Shown here: positions 30,273 through 37,528 of the stretch, in pieces
Layout of the letters: each line of letters begins with the position of its first letter
How positions within the stretch are numbered: position 1 is the stretch's first letter
Source of the DNA: an archaeon
GTDB lineage: Archaea; Nanobdellota; Nanobdellia; Pacearchaeales; GW2011-AR1
Assembly: GCA_030636025.1 (NCBI GenBank)
Contig: DAOVXQ010000002.1
Span: forward strand, 10,848 to 74,847
DNA length: 64,000 bases
Direction: 5' to 3'
Program-made: the position numbers and the translations under genes
The notes under the pieces: model-generated
What the model was told of the DNA's origin: nothing
Seen by the model: the letters and a program-made list of their open reading frames with translations, nothing else
Databases searched by the model: none

Positions 30273-30761
30273 ATGGTTAAAAGAGGTTTGTTTAAAAATC
30301 AGGGGACTGATAAACTTAAAAAAAGAGTTGGAATTGCGTTGGTGATTTTAATTTTTGCATTAATTATTTTCACAGGATATTTTTTGTTTTTTTATCCAAA
30401 AGTATGTTCAGATAGTGCTTGTTTTTCTGATGCAATGAGAAGTTGCAAACATGTTTCCTGGATTAAAAAAGATGCTCAGGCAGATTGGATTTATATAATT
30501 AAAGGAAATGCAAAAGGAGATACTTGTAAAGTTGAAGTTACGTTAAAAAATATGAAAGCGGGAACAATTGACAGCGAGGCATTGCAAGGCAAGAAAATGT
30601 TGTGCACTGTTTTAAAAAGTGAGACAAATTTTCCTGAAAAAGATATTTCTCGTTGTAGCGGAGAATTAAAAGAAGAACTGCAGGACAGGATTATCCAGAG
30701 AATGCATAGTTATCTTCTTGAAAATGTCGGAGAAATTCAAGAGGAGTTTGCAGGGATTTAG
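30273..30761 (+). CDS. N-terminally anchored Cys-containing hypothetical protein (162 aa)
   Basis: TM helix IALVILIFALIIFTGYFLFFY. TATA-like TTTTAAATA (30243-30251) lies 22 nt before the ATG. Confidence 0.45.
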   Translation: MVKRGLFKNQGTDKLKKRVGIALVILIFALIIFTGYFLFFYPKVCSDSACFSDAMRSCKHVSWIKKDAQADWIYIIKGNAKGDTCKVEVTLKNMKAGTIDSEALQGKKMLCTVLKSETNFPEKDISRCSGELKEELQDRIIQRMHSYLLENVGEIQEEFAGI

Positions 30762-31025
30762 AAATGTGTTTGATGTTTGTGGTTTAATATTGGAATTTAG
30801 AGAAGTTTTTGCGAAGCAAAAATTTGGATGGAGAAAAAAGGATATTTTTCTGAAGATTTGAATATCTGTTAGTTTCCTCGAAAACTTGGAGAGCTAAATT
30901 TTAGTGCAAGGTTCCGAAGGAAAAATTTTCATTTCCAATCAATCCTGCGTTAGCAGACTATATTTTTTAAAGTCAGGAGTGTTCTATCTATGGGGTCTTG
31001 GCGGTACTTCTAGAACAAGAATAAA

Positions 31026-31700
31026 GGGGCTTTGGTGTTTTTTATGTTTGTTTTGAAGTTATTTATCATTTAATAGTAGTTATAATGGCGAAAGGTTTAT
31101 AAAGAACAATTTTATACTACCCATAAGTACGATAAGTCTAGATAAAATGGCAAAATATCAAAATTTACCCGATGGCCACAGTGCACTCATAGTTGGAGCT
31201 GCAGGAATGGGAACGCCTTCTGAATTACATTTGTTATTTGGAATAGGTAAGTTATATTTATATGGGGATGAGGCTGAACTTAGAACAGAGGGATTTGAAA
31301 AAGGAGTTGTAAAATATGCATATACTTCTATTCTTAATGGAAAAACTATCAAAATTGGAGTAATGCCCACTGTAGGTTATGGTGAAAGAATGGGTATCGA
31401 AATTCCTTTCAGTTCTAATGAAAAATTTTTAAATAAGGGTATTGATAATGATGTAATTCTCAATAGATGGGGTAACCCTGGAAAATACGATGGCAGAGCT
31501 GTTGTTTCTACTGCCACATTGAAAGAAGGCTTATTTACGGATGAAGGTGTTTGTATAGACGAATTAGTGAGACAAAATGTATCTAATCAAGGTGTTCTTC
31601 TCCATAATCACGGTCAGATTTTAAATGAACGATTATCTCAATTATTATATGATTTTCAATTAGGACAAGGACAATTTGAAAGGAATTGATCCAAAGCCCC
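31026..31700. repeat. inverted-repeat-bounded unit enclosing ORF 31147..31689
   Basis: GGGGCTTTGG (31026-31035) and CCAAAGCCCC (31691-31700) are a perfect 10-bp IR. The right arm starts 2 nt after the stop codon. Confidence 0.7.
31147..31689 (+). CDS. 180-aa hypothetical protein
   Basis: Clean ORF with TTTATAAA at 31096-31103. No family recognised. Confidence 0.45.
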   Translation: MAKYQNLPDGHSALIVGAAGMGTPSELHLLFGIGKLYLYGDEAELRTEGFEKGVVKYAYTSILNGKTIKIGVMPTVGYGERMGIEIPFSSNEKFLNKGIDNDVILNRWGNPGKYDGRAVVSTATLKEGLFTDEGVCIDELVRQNVSNQGVLLHNHGQILNERLSQLLYDFQLGQGQFERN

Positions 31701-31778
31701 CTTCCAAATTTAGCCCCCGACTTCTTAAAAAGTGAAAATTCGATTTTGTTTAACATCGGGCTTAAACAACCCGAAGGG

Positions 31779-31834
31779 CTCGAGGTGGAGGAAGATTTTT
31801 TGAGGCAGACCACAAAAAATCTGACGACCTCGAG
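31779..31834 (+). other. extended 56-nt hairpin in a structured spacer
   Basis: CTCGAGGT/ACCTCGAG (8 bp) closes AGATTTTTTG/CAAAAAATCT (10 bp). Confidence 0.5.
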
Positions 31835-31958
31835 GCTAAGAAATTTGGGTCAAAATCGGGAAATCGCTTGGCGATTTAGCGTAAGCGACCGATTTTGCCG
31901 TTAAATTCCGGTTAGTTTCTTTTTCCATACAAAGTATGGAAAAATTTCGTCCGAAAAG

Positions 31959-32549
31959 TCACGAGAACGCCGTTTTCGAGGGCGAAGCCCAATAAAACAA
32001 ATACCCCGAGGGAAGGAAATTTTCATTTCAGAATAGTTACAATGGAAATATTTAAAAAGTAGGTTCTATTCATCTTACCTATGAAAGATTCATTATTGGT
32101 ATTAGATGGTTCAGGAGGTGCTGCCGCTTCTGTAGGTTATCATAGAGAAGGCACCCATATGGGTGATAATTTAGGAAGAACCATTGAATTAGTAGATTCT
32201 ATAACAGAAGCAGAAGGGGCTTTAGAAGAAAGCTCAAATAGACCTTTTGGTGCTGTTTTGACAGAACCTATGATGTACTTTTTCAGAAAAGGAGATTTAT
32301 CAGAATATCAGGATTTTCTTAAGAGTTTAAGAACAGAAAGGGAAATCCCTGTTGTTATATATTCATCTCAAAAGGAAGATGTAGTAAATCGAGAGTTTGG
32401 TCTTGTAAAAGGAGTACATTATAATGTATATACACCAAAAGGAATTGCAGCAGAAGGAGAATCTGGTGCAGAACTCATGGTGAAGACAATAGAACAATTA
32501 TTACCTTCTTGAATTTCCTTCCCTTTCTATTTTTTAGGCGTTCTCGTGA
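31959..32549. repeat. double inverted-repeat-bounded unit enclosing ORF 32081..32512
   Basis: The outer IR is TCACGAGAACGCC (31959-31971) / GGCGTTCTCGTGA (32537-32549). The inner IR is AGGGAAGGAAATT (32009-32021) / AATTTCCTTCCCT (32512-32524), which overlaps the last base of the stop codon. Confidence 0.85.
32081..32512 (+). CDS. 143-aa hypothetical protein, possibly a degenerate receiver-like (CheY-fold) domain
   Basis: LLVLDGSGG..., AVLTEPMM, IPVVIYSSQ and TPKG loosely follow the REC strand pattern. TATA-like ATATTTAAAAA lies about 23 nt before the ATG. Confidence 0.4.
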   Translation: MKDSLLVLDGSGGAAASVGYHREGTHMGDNLGRTIELVDSITEAEGALEESSNRPFGAVLTEPMMYFFRKGDLSEYQDFLKSLRTEREIPVVIYSSQKEDVVNREFGLVKGVHYNVYTPKGIAAEGESGAELMVKTIEQLLPS

Positions 32550-32563
32550 TTGAAACTAACATC

Positions 32564-32629
32564 AGGATTATGAGAAGTTTGCGAAGCAAATTTGGGAAAA
32601 TTCCTGCAAGGGATTTTCCTCATAATCCT
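32564..32629 (+). ncRNA. candidate 66-nt three-helix structured RNA element
   Basis: The closing stem AGGATTATGAG/CTCATAATCCT encloses hairpin TTTGC-GAA-GCAAA and hairpin GGAAAAT(T)CCT-GCAA-GGGATTTTCC. Confidence 0.3.
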
Positions 32630-32684
32630 TGTTATATGAGGGTGAGCGTAACGTAGTGAAGCGAAAGTGCAACGTCCCCTTGAG

Positions 32685-32922
32685 TTTCTGAGCACACCTA
32701 TTTTCGGTATTTAAAAACTAAGAATACACCTGTGACCAAAAGCAATATTGCCATTCCAGTCATTATCCATCCATAAGTTTCTGGCATATGATTGGCAATA
32801 ACACCAACCAGAGTACCAAGACCTGCAAAAAATAACCCAATTCCTTGTTTTTTGTTTATTGATTTCATAATTATTATTTATTAATATATTAGTTATTAAA
32901 AAGCTTTCGGTGTGCTCAGAAA
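32685..32922. repeat. inverted-repeat-bounded unit enclosing the small minus-strand ORF 32698..32868
   Basis: TTTCTGAGCACACC (32685-32698) and GGTGTGCTCAGAAA (32909-32922) are a perfect 14-bp IR. One arm overlaps the stop codon. Confidence 0.85.
32698..32868 (-). CDS. 56-aa two-TM membrane protein (below the ORF-track cutoff)
   Basis: Translated by hand as MKSINKKQGIGLFFAGLGTLVGVIANHMPETYGWIMTGMAILLLVTGVFLVFKYRK. More plausible than the overlapping 86-aa track ORF. Confidence 0.45.
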   Translation of the reverse strand: MKSINKKQGIGLFFAGLGTLVGVIANHMPETYGWIMTGMAILLLVTGVFLVFKYRK

Positions 32923-33019
32923 TTTCATATAACATGATGGAAATAGAACTAAACTTCTGTTTACATCCCATAAGGGTATGTTTAGTAACCTTTTTATAAT
33001 GCCTTGTTTTTATAATGGT

Positions 33020-33823
33020 ATGGATGGCTTGCTCAAGAAATTAGAGGAGAATTTAAAGTTAAAAAATTATTCTCAGCAAACAATTAAATCTTATCTCAAT
33101 CATGTGGGGAATTATTTAAAATTTGCAAAAAATAAGGGGGTTAATCTGTTAAGTGTAAAAGAATTTTTAATAAAAAAACTATCTAAAAATGAACCTTCTT
33201 CAGTCGGACATAATGTTTTTGCTTTGAAATATTTTTTTAAGGAAATTCTTCATCAAGAGATAGAAATCCCTAATCCAAAAAGAAATAAAACAATCCCAGA
33301 AATTTTAACTATTAATGAAATCAAAAAACTAATTAATTCAACAAATAATATTAAACATAAATTAATCATCAAATTACTTTATGGTTGTGGTTTAAGGGTT
33401 TCTGAAATTGTTAATTTAGAAAATAACGATTTAAATTTTGATGAAGGATTGATTCACATTAAATTAGCTAAAGGTAAAAAAGATAGATTTGTTAAAATTC
33501 CAGATTCTATTAAAAAAGAAATAAAAAGTTATTGCAATATAAATAATTCTAAAATTTTATTTCCTTCAAATCGTAGGGGAAAATTAACAACCAAAACAAT
33601 TCAAAAAATAGTTCAAAATTCTGCAAAAAAAGCAGGTATTAAAAAAAGGGTTTATCCTCATCTTCTTCGGCATTCTTTTGCAACACATCTTCTTGAACAA
33701 GGAACTGATTTAAGAATTATCCAAAAATTATTAGGGCATTCGGATATTAAAACAACACAGATTTACACCCATATCTCACAAGCAAACATTAAAAATATAA
33801 ACTCTCCTTTGGAGAATATATAA
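33020..33823 (+). CDS. tyrosine recombinase, XerC/XerD/XerA-like
   Basis: GLRVSEIVNL (Arg I), HLLRHSFATHLL (H-x-x-R) and LGHSDIKTTQIYTH (catalytic Tyr). Start at MDGLLKK is preferred. Confidence 0.85.
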   Translation: MDGLLKKLEENLKLKNYSQQTIKSYLNHVGNYLKFAKNKGVNLLSVKEFLIKKLSKNEPSSVGHNVFALKYFFKEILHQEIEIPNPKRNKTIPEILTINEIKKLINSTNNIKHKLIIKLLYGCGLRVSEIVNLENNDLNFDEGLIHIKLAKGKKDRFVKIPDSIKKEIKSYCNINNSKILFPSNRRGKLTTKTIQKIVQNSAKKAGIKKRVYPHLLRHSFATHLLEQGTDLRIIQKLLGHSDIKTTQIYTHISQANIKNINSPLENI

Positions 33824-33825
33824 AA
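33782..33825 (+). repeat. 44-bp direct repeat, left copy (last 14 codons of the recombinase gene, including the stop, plus 2 nt)
   Basis: GCAAACATTAAAAATATAAACTCTCCTTTGGAGAATATATAAAA matches 37663-37706 at 43/44. Confidence 0.9.
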
Positions 33826-33848
33826 TAGAACGGGTGTTTTAATTAGTG

Positions 33849-34505
33849 TTATTTATTTTTTCTTTCCTCTATCTTATCTTTTAATAAATCCCAAAGTTTA
33901 TCTGTTATTTTTTTTGGAGCTTTTATTTTAAATTTTTCATTTAATTTTTCCAAAAAATACCCTAATTCAAAAATTGCCTTTTTCTTACCTAAATCATCTT
34001 GATTTTTAGCTTCTTCCACAATCAGCTCCCAATTAACTTCTGTGTTATTTATTATATTTCTTGCATCATCCAAATCTTTCAACCTATCTGTTGCACACTT
34101 CATCAGGATTATATCGTGGAGGTTTGCAATTTTTAATACTAATTTGTCTCCAAATTGATGAGTCTGGTTGGCTCTTTTTTTCATATTTTCTGAAAACATA
34201 AAATCTATAACTTCTTCAACAAACAAATCAAATCTTTCATCGCCCAAGGTTAACATTTCTGGTCGATTAGCTCTTCCTCCGTAAACGATTACAGAATCCA
34301 TTTCCTTATAACCAAGAGATTTTATGGCTTCTTTAAAATATGTCTTATCAATCTGATTTTCAAAAACTAAGTCTATATCCAATGTTGTGTCTTTTAAGCC
34401 CAAAAACATCATCGCGGTTCCTCCAACTGCGTAAACGGTAATCTTTTTCTTTAATCTTTTAGATATTGCTAATAATAATCCTTGTTGTCTCTCTATTGAA
34501 ATCAT
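33849..34505 (-). CDS. nucleotidyltransferase, AbiEii/DUF6036-like toxin candidate
   Basis: YAVGGTAMMFLGLKDTTLDIDLVF matches the GG.A......R.T.DID NTase motif. Overlaps the upstream partner by 4 nt. Confidence 0.6.
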   Translation of the reverse strand: MISIERQQGLLLAISKRLKKKITVYAVGGTAMMFLGLKDTTLDIDLVFENQIDKTYFKEAIKSLGYKEMDSVIVYGGRANRPEMLTLGDERFDLFVEEVIDFMFSENMKKRANQTHQFGDKLVLKIANLHDIILMKCATDRLKDLDDARNIINNTEVNWELIVEEAKNQDDLGKKKAIFELGYFLEKLNEKFKIKAPKKITDKLWDLLKDKIEERKNK

Positions 34506-35122
34506 TTGTAAACCTCCAAATCTGCTTTATTAAATGGAATGTAAATTTTCCATGTTTTTTCAATTTCATTAAAATCTTTTGACCTTAAATTAGGAATAAT
34601 ATATACAAACTTTTCTTTTTGTTTTGGAAGGGAATTATTCCTAAATCTTTTTGCCATTTTTCTTGTTCTCATAATTTTTCGGGATAAATCATATAGTGCT
34701 CCAATTTGTCTTTCAACATAATTTTTTTTCCCTAACTTATATAATTCCCCCCAATTTTCTATTTTTTTAAATAATGCCAATGAAGCCAAAATTATCCTTA
34801 ATCTTTTTGATTTAATAGCATATACCAAGGTTTCTTCCAAACTTGGTTTTTTCCCATAAATTTTATAGACTTCAGAGGTCATTATTTTTAAAGGAGAATT
34901 TTTGTTTATTATGCCCTGGTAACTTTCGCCCCCTAAGCGATTTTCAAAGGAGATGTTATATATTCTTTTATTATCACTTAATTTTTTTGTTTTAACATAC
35001 CCTGCCTTACGCAAACGATGAACATAATAAATCGCTTTATTTTTATCTACATTTAAAAGAGTTTTTACAGACTCTATTGTTTGATTTCCTTTAATTTTTC
35101 TTAAAACTAATTTTATATCCAT
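34502..35122 (-). CDS. winged-HTH protein, AbiEi-like antitoxin candidate
   Basis: N-terminal wHTH-like segment (ESVKTLLNVDKNKAIYYVHRLRKAGYV). Sits upstream of and overlaps the NTase. Internal start MDIKLVL is preferred. Confidence 0.45.
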   Translation of the reverse strand: MDIKLVLRKIKGNQTIESVKTLLNVDKNKAIYYVHRLRKAGYVKTKKLSDNKRIYNISFENRLGGESYQGIINKNSPLKIMTSEVYKIYGKKPSLEETLVYAIKSKRLRIILASLALFKKIENWGELYKLGKKNYVERQIGALYDLSRKIMRTRKMAKRFRNNSLPKQKEKFVYIIPNLRSKDFNEIEKTWKIYIPFNKADLEVYK

Positions 35123-35445
35123 AGTTAAATGTAGCTTAAGTGATATATAAGGCTTTCGTTTTTTTCTTATTATAACTTCAATGTAGCCCATATGTTTAAA
35201 GGGTCTTTTTTTAGAAATATTAAGCATAACATGCGCAGATAAAAGAAGTTTCTTGAAAAGAAATTTGGATGGAGTCTGCAAGGCGTAGTCTCTTAATCGC
35301 TGTTCACAGAAGTTTTAATTTTTCTTTTCAGGTTGGGCTGACGAAGTCGCATTATATTAGCGAGATTGCCCGCCGGTTTTTTTGCTTCTTTTTGGGGTGA
35401 AAAAGAAGATTTGGGAGTTCGCTTGTTTTTATGCTTAGAATAAAT

Positions 35446-36156
35446 TTAAATGGACAAATCTAATTTATTGATTAGTTCAATTATCTCTTGGGGATCTTTG
35501 TCATCAATTTCTTTCTTGTTTTTTACTATATGATACTTAGAGTGGGTTTTATCATTAGCATCATCTTTAAACTGACTCGCCTTTTGAGCTGTTCTTTTTA
35601 CAAGTCCTGCTTCTGGCCCAAAATCTGCAGCCTTCTTGTGAAGATTTTTCAAAATTACACTAAAATCTAAAAAACGATTTCTATCAAAGTCCCAGTAAAG
35701 CTCTCTCTCTGACTTACTGGTTCCAGAGTATTTCTTTCTTATTATACCTATAAGAAGGTTCTCGAATACTTTCCTGCAGAGTATAAAAGAGCTAGTGTAA
35801 CATCCATGAGTATATGTTTTATTAACTTCTTTTATGTGTTCTTTTATAAAATAATCTGTAGTTTCAAATTTAATAAGTTCAATAATTTTCTTTTTAGGTG
35901 ATTTCTTATTCGCCTGTTTAATTTTTATTGGCTTCTCTATCTCAATACTATTGGGTAAGGTTAGCCTATCTTTCTTTGTTAGTTTGCCGGCAACTGAAAA
36001 TCCCCTACTCTGGGCAAAAAGTTGCGCGGCCGCATTCTGTGTAGCCTTAGGACATTTAGTGTTTTTTAATGTTGAAACAGCATTTCTAATTGACTGCTCA
36101 CTCATTCCGGTTTTTCCCTTTAGAATTTCTAATATTTTTGGATTAAGATTGCCCAT
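35446..36156 (-). CDS. DUF4145-like protein with an N-terminal HTH-like region
   Basis: C-terminal HGCYTSSFILCRKVFENLLIGIIRKKY...DDANDKTHS resembles DUF4145. Last gene of the HTH-minigene operon. Confidence 0.4.
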   Translation of the reverse strand: MGNLNPKILEILKGKTGMSEQSIRNAVSTLKNTKCPKATQNAAAQLFAQSRGFSVAGKLTKKDRLTLPNSIEIEKPIKIKQANKKSPKKKIIELIKFETTDYFIKEHIKEVNKTYTHGCYTSSFILCRKVFENLLIGIIRKKYSGTSKSERELYWDFDRNRFLDFSVILKNLHKKAADFGPEAGLVKRTAQKASQFKDDANDKTHSKYHIVKNKKEIDDKDPQEIIELINKLDLSI

Positions 36157-36162
36157 TCTCTA

Positions 36163-36366
36163 CTAGAAATCACGCCTATCAATACCAGTTATTCTTTCAA
36201 GTTCTCTCTTGCTTAAGGATCCAGTATAATTTCTCAATATTTTTTTCTGATCCTCCTTAGTTTTGCCGTTCAGAGAAGTTACTAAAATAAGTAGCTCCAG
36301 CTTATTGTTCATTTCCTCAAGCAGTTCTTTTTCAGACTTTTCTTTAGGCTTTGTCTTTTTTGACAT
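36163..36366 (-). CDS. small HTH protein, paralogue 6 of 6 (67 aa)
   Basis: NNKLELLILV helix followed by SLSKRELERITGIDRRDF. Confidence 0.55.
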   Translation of the reverse strand: MSKKTKPKEKSEKELLEEMNNKLELLILVTSLNGKTKEDQKKILRNYTGSLSKRELERITGIDRRDF

Positions 36367-36574
36367 TTTTCTTCTTCCTCCGTTTGTTATTTATTGATTT
36401 GGAAAAATTGCTTAGGTCTTTATTTAACATTCTTGCAGTTTCTGCCATTCCGAGACAATCAGAAGCTATTTTCAACTTCTCTTTTTCAGGAAGGTCTTTT
36501 TTACATTCAAGTAAAATTAGGCACTCTAGCCTTTTCTTTATGTCACCTAGTATTTCTTCATTTTCGCTTGCCAT
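36344..36574 (-). CDS. small HTH protein, paralogue 5 of 6 (76 aa)
   Basis: KKRLECLILL helix followed by CLGMAETARMLNKDLSNFSKSI and a basic tail. Confidence 0.55.
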   Translation of the reverse strand: MASENEEILGDIKKRLECLILLECKKDLPEKEKLKIASDCLGMAETARMLNKDLSNFSKSINNKRRKKKNVKKDKA

Positions 36575-36767
36575 TCATCCCCCCTTTCCATCCTGAAGTT
36601 CTCCTAACATTTGACAACCCGAGCAATTCTTCAATTTCGGAAGAATCAAACCCTGCCTTTCTCAGCATTGATATTTTCTTATCTTTATCTTTTATGTTAG
36701 AGATAGCAATTATCCCAAAAAGCCTATCTAGCTTTCCACATATAATTTTAAATTGATTGTCATCCAT
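36558..36767 (-). CDS. small HTH protein, paralogue 4 of 6 (69 aa)
   Basis: CGKLDRLFGII helix followed by AGFDSSEIEELLGLSNVRR. Start ATGGATGA overlaps the upstream stop by 8 nt. Confidence 0.55.
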   Translation of the reverse strand: MDDNQFKIICGKLDRLFGIIAISNIKDKDKKISMLRKAGFDSSEIEELLGLSNVRRTSGWKGGMNGKRK

Positions 36768-37008
36768 TTTTTTTGCCTTTCTTCTTTTTAGGTTTATCAT
36801 ATAGATAGCAAGACACATCACTCGCTTTACTTTTTCCAGTTATTTTTGCAATCTCTAGAGGACTAAGTCCTGTAGAATAAAGTGTTTTAACAAATGTTGT
36901 TTTGTCCATCTGAGGATTTGATTCAAAAAATAGTCTAATAAGAGCGTCTAATCTCTTCACAATTTCTCCTTTCTCATCAATTTTAATTTCTTCCTCTTTC
37001 TTACCCAT
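36760..37008 (-). CDS. small HTH protein, paralogue 3 of 6 (82 aa)
   Basis: VKRLDALIRLF helix followed by TGLSPLEIAKITGKSKASDVS. Start ATGGGTAA overlaps the upstream stop by 8 nt. Confidence 0.55.
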   Translation of the reverse strand: MGKKEEEIKIDEKGEIVKRLDALIRLFFESNPQMDKTTFVKTLYSTGLSPLEIAKITGKSKASDVSCYLYDKPKKKKGKKNG

Positions 37009-37222
37009 GTTTTCTTGCCCCCTTGGTTTTTGATAAAATGGCATTAACATAATTTTGCGTGGTATCTAATGCTTCTGCGATTTGCTTTGGCTTTAAACCC
37101 ATTTTTCTTAATCTAATTATTGAATCTGTTTGGGAGGCATTGGGATTTATGTTAGAATGTACATTAAGTTTAATTAAAAGGTCTAATTTCTCTAGTAATT
37201 CAGCTTCAAATTTTTCACTCAT
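37001..37222 (-). CDS. small HTH protein, paralogue 2 of 6 (73 aa)
   Basis: LEKLDLLIKL helix followed by MGLKPKQIAEALDTTQNYVNAILSK (LuxR/sigma-region-4-like HTH). Start ATGAGTGA overlaps the upstream stop by 8 nt. Confidence 0.6.
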   Translation of the reverse strand: MSEKFEAELLEKLDLLIKLNVHSNINPNASQTDSIIRLRKMGLKPKQIAEALDTTQNYVNAILSKTKGARKHG

Positions 37223-37394
37223 TTTTTCTAGGATACTTTTTTTTATCTATTAATTGGCTTACTTTTCCGGGAGAAACTCCCATGGCCTTGCCTATTGTTT
37301 CGTTGTCTACCTTTAGATTTTGTAAAAACAAAATCATTAAAGCTTTGACATCCTGTAATTCTTTCTTTACTTTTATTATTTCTGGGTTAAACAT
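37215..37394 (-). CDS. small HTH protein, paralogue 1 of 6 (59 aa, below the ORF-track cutoff)
   Basis: Translated by hand as MFNPEIIKVKKELQDVKALMILFLQNLKVDNETIGKAMGVSPGKVSQLIDKKKYPRKNE. Confidence 0.5.
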   Translation of the reverse strand: MFNPEIIKVKKELQDVKALMILFLQNLKVDNETIGKAMGVSPGKVSQLIDKKKYPRKNE

Positions 37395-37505
37395 CGATAT
37401 AAACCGAATATAATGTTTTTAAATGTTTCGCATCGCTAGCAGGTCTTATATTGTATTTAAAATATCTAAGAATTGCTTATTTTTGCTACTTTTGTTTCCT
37501 TAACC

Positions 37506-37528
37506 GAATATTCCAAATTGGAATATTC
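37506..37528. promoter_or_regulatory. perfect 23-bp palindrome upstream of the HTH-minigene operon
   Basis: GAATATTCCAA-A-TTGGAATATTC lies 112-134 nt upstream of the first minigene start (37394, minus strand). Confidence 0.5.

Noticed and set aside
31686-31904. 72-aa ORF in the spacer between the two bracketed genes
   Set aside because: It runs through a series of perfect hairpins, has an unlikely composition, and has no TATA or SD signal. The region is better explained as structured non-coding sequence.
31959-32549. Bulge-helix-bulge (BHB) splicing or circularisation motif formed by the bracketing repeats
   Set aside because: The helices are 13 bp long and separated by a 38/13-nt asymmetric loop. 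I could not draw the 3-nt bulge / 4-bp helix / 3-nt bulge geometry at any bracket.
30780-32700. Fragmented rRNA, RNase P, SRP RNA or group I/II intron
   Set aside because: I found none of the universally conserved rRNA, RNase P CR-I or SRP motifs I know by eye. There is no reverse transcriptase or LAGLIDADG-type ORF.
32711-32971. 86-aa minus-strand track ORF
   Set aside because: It overlaps, in another frame, a 56-aa ORF with two clean TM helices and proper IR/TATA geometry. The 86-aa translation is Cys/Trp/Asn-rich nonsense and crosses the IR arm.
30228-33823. Classical integron (IntI + attC cassette array)
   Set aside because: attC sites are compact imperfect palindromes located after each ORF. 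Here the IR arms enclose the ORF and its promoter. The recombinase is short (about 267 aa), and I see no extra IntI-specific segment. I did not see the AAC...GTT R''/R' core pattern at the arm ends. A distant structural analogy cannot be excluded without a search.
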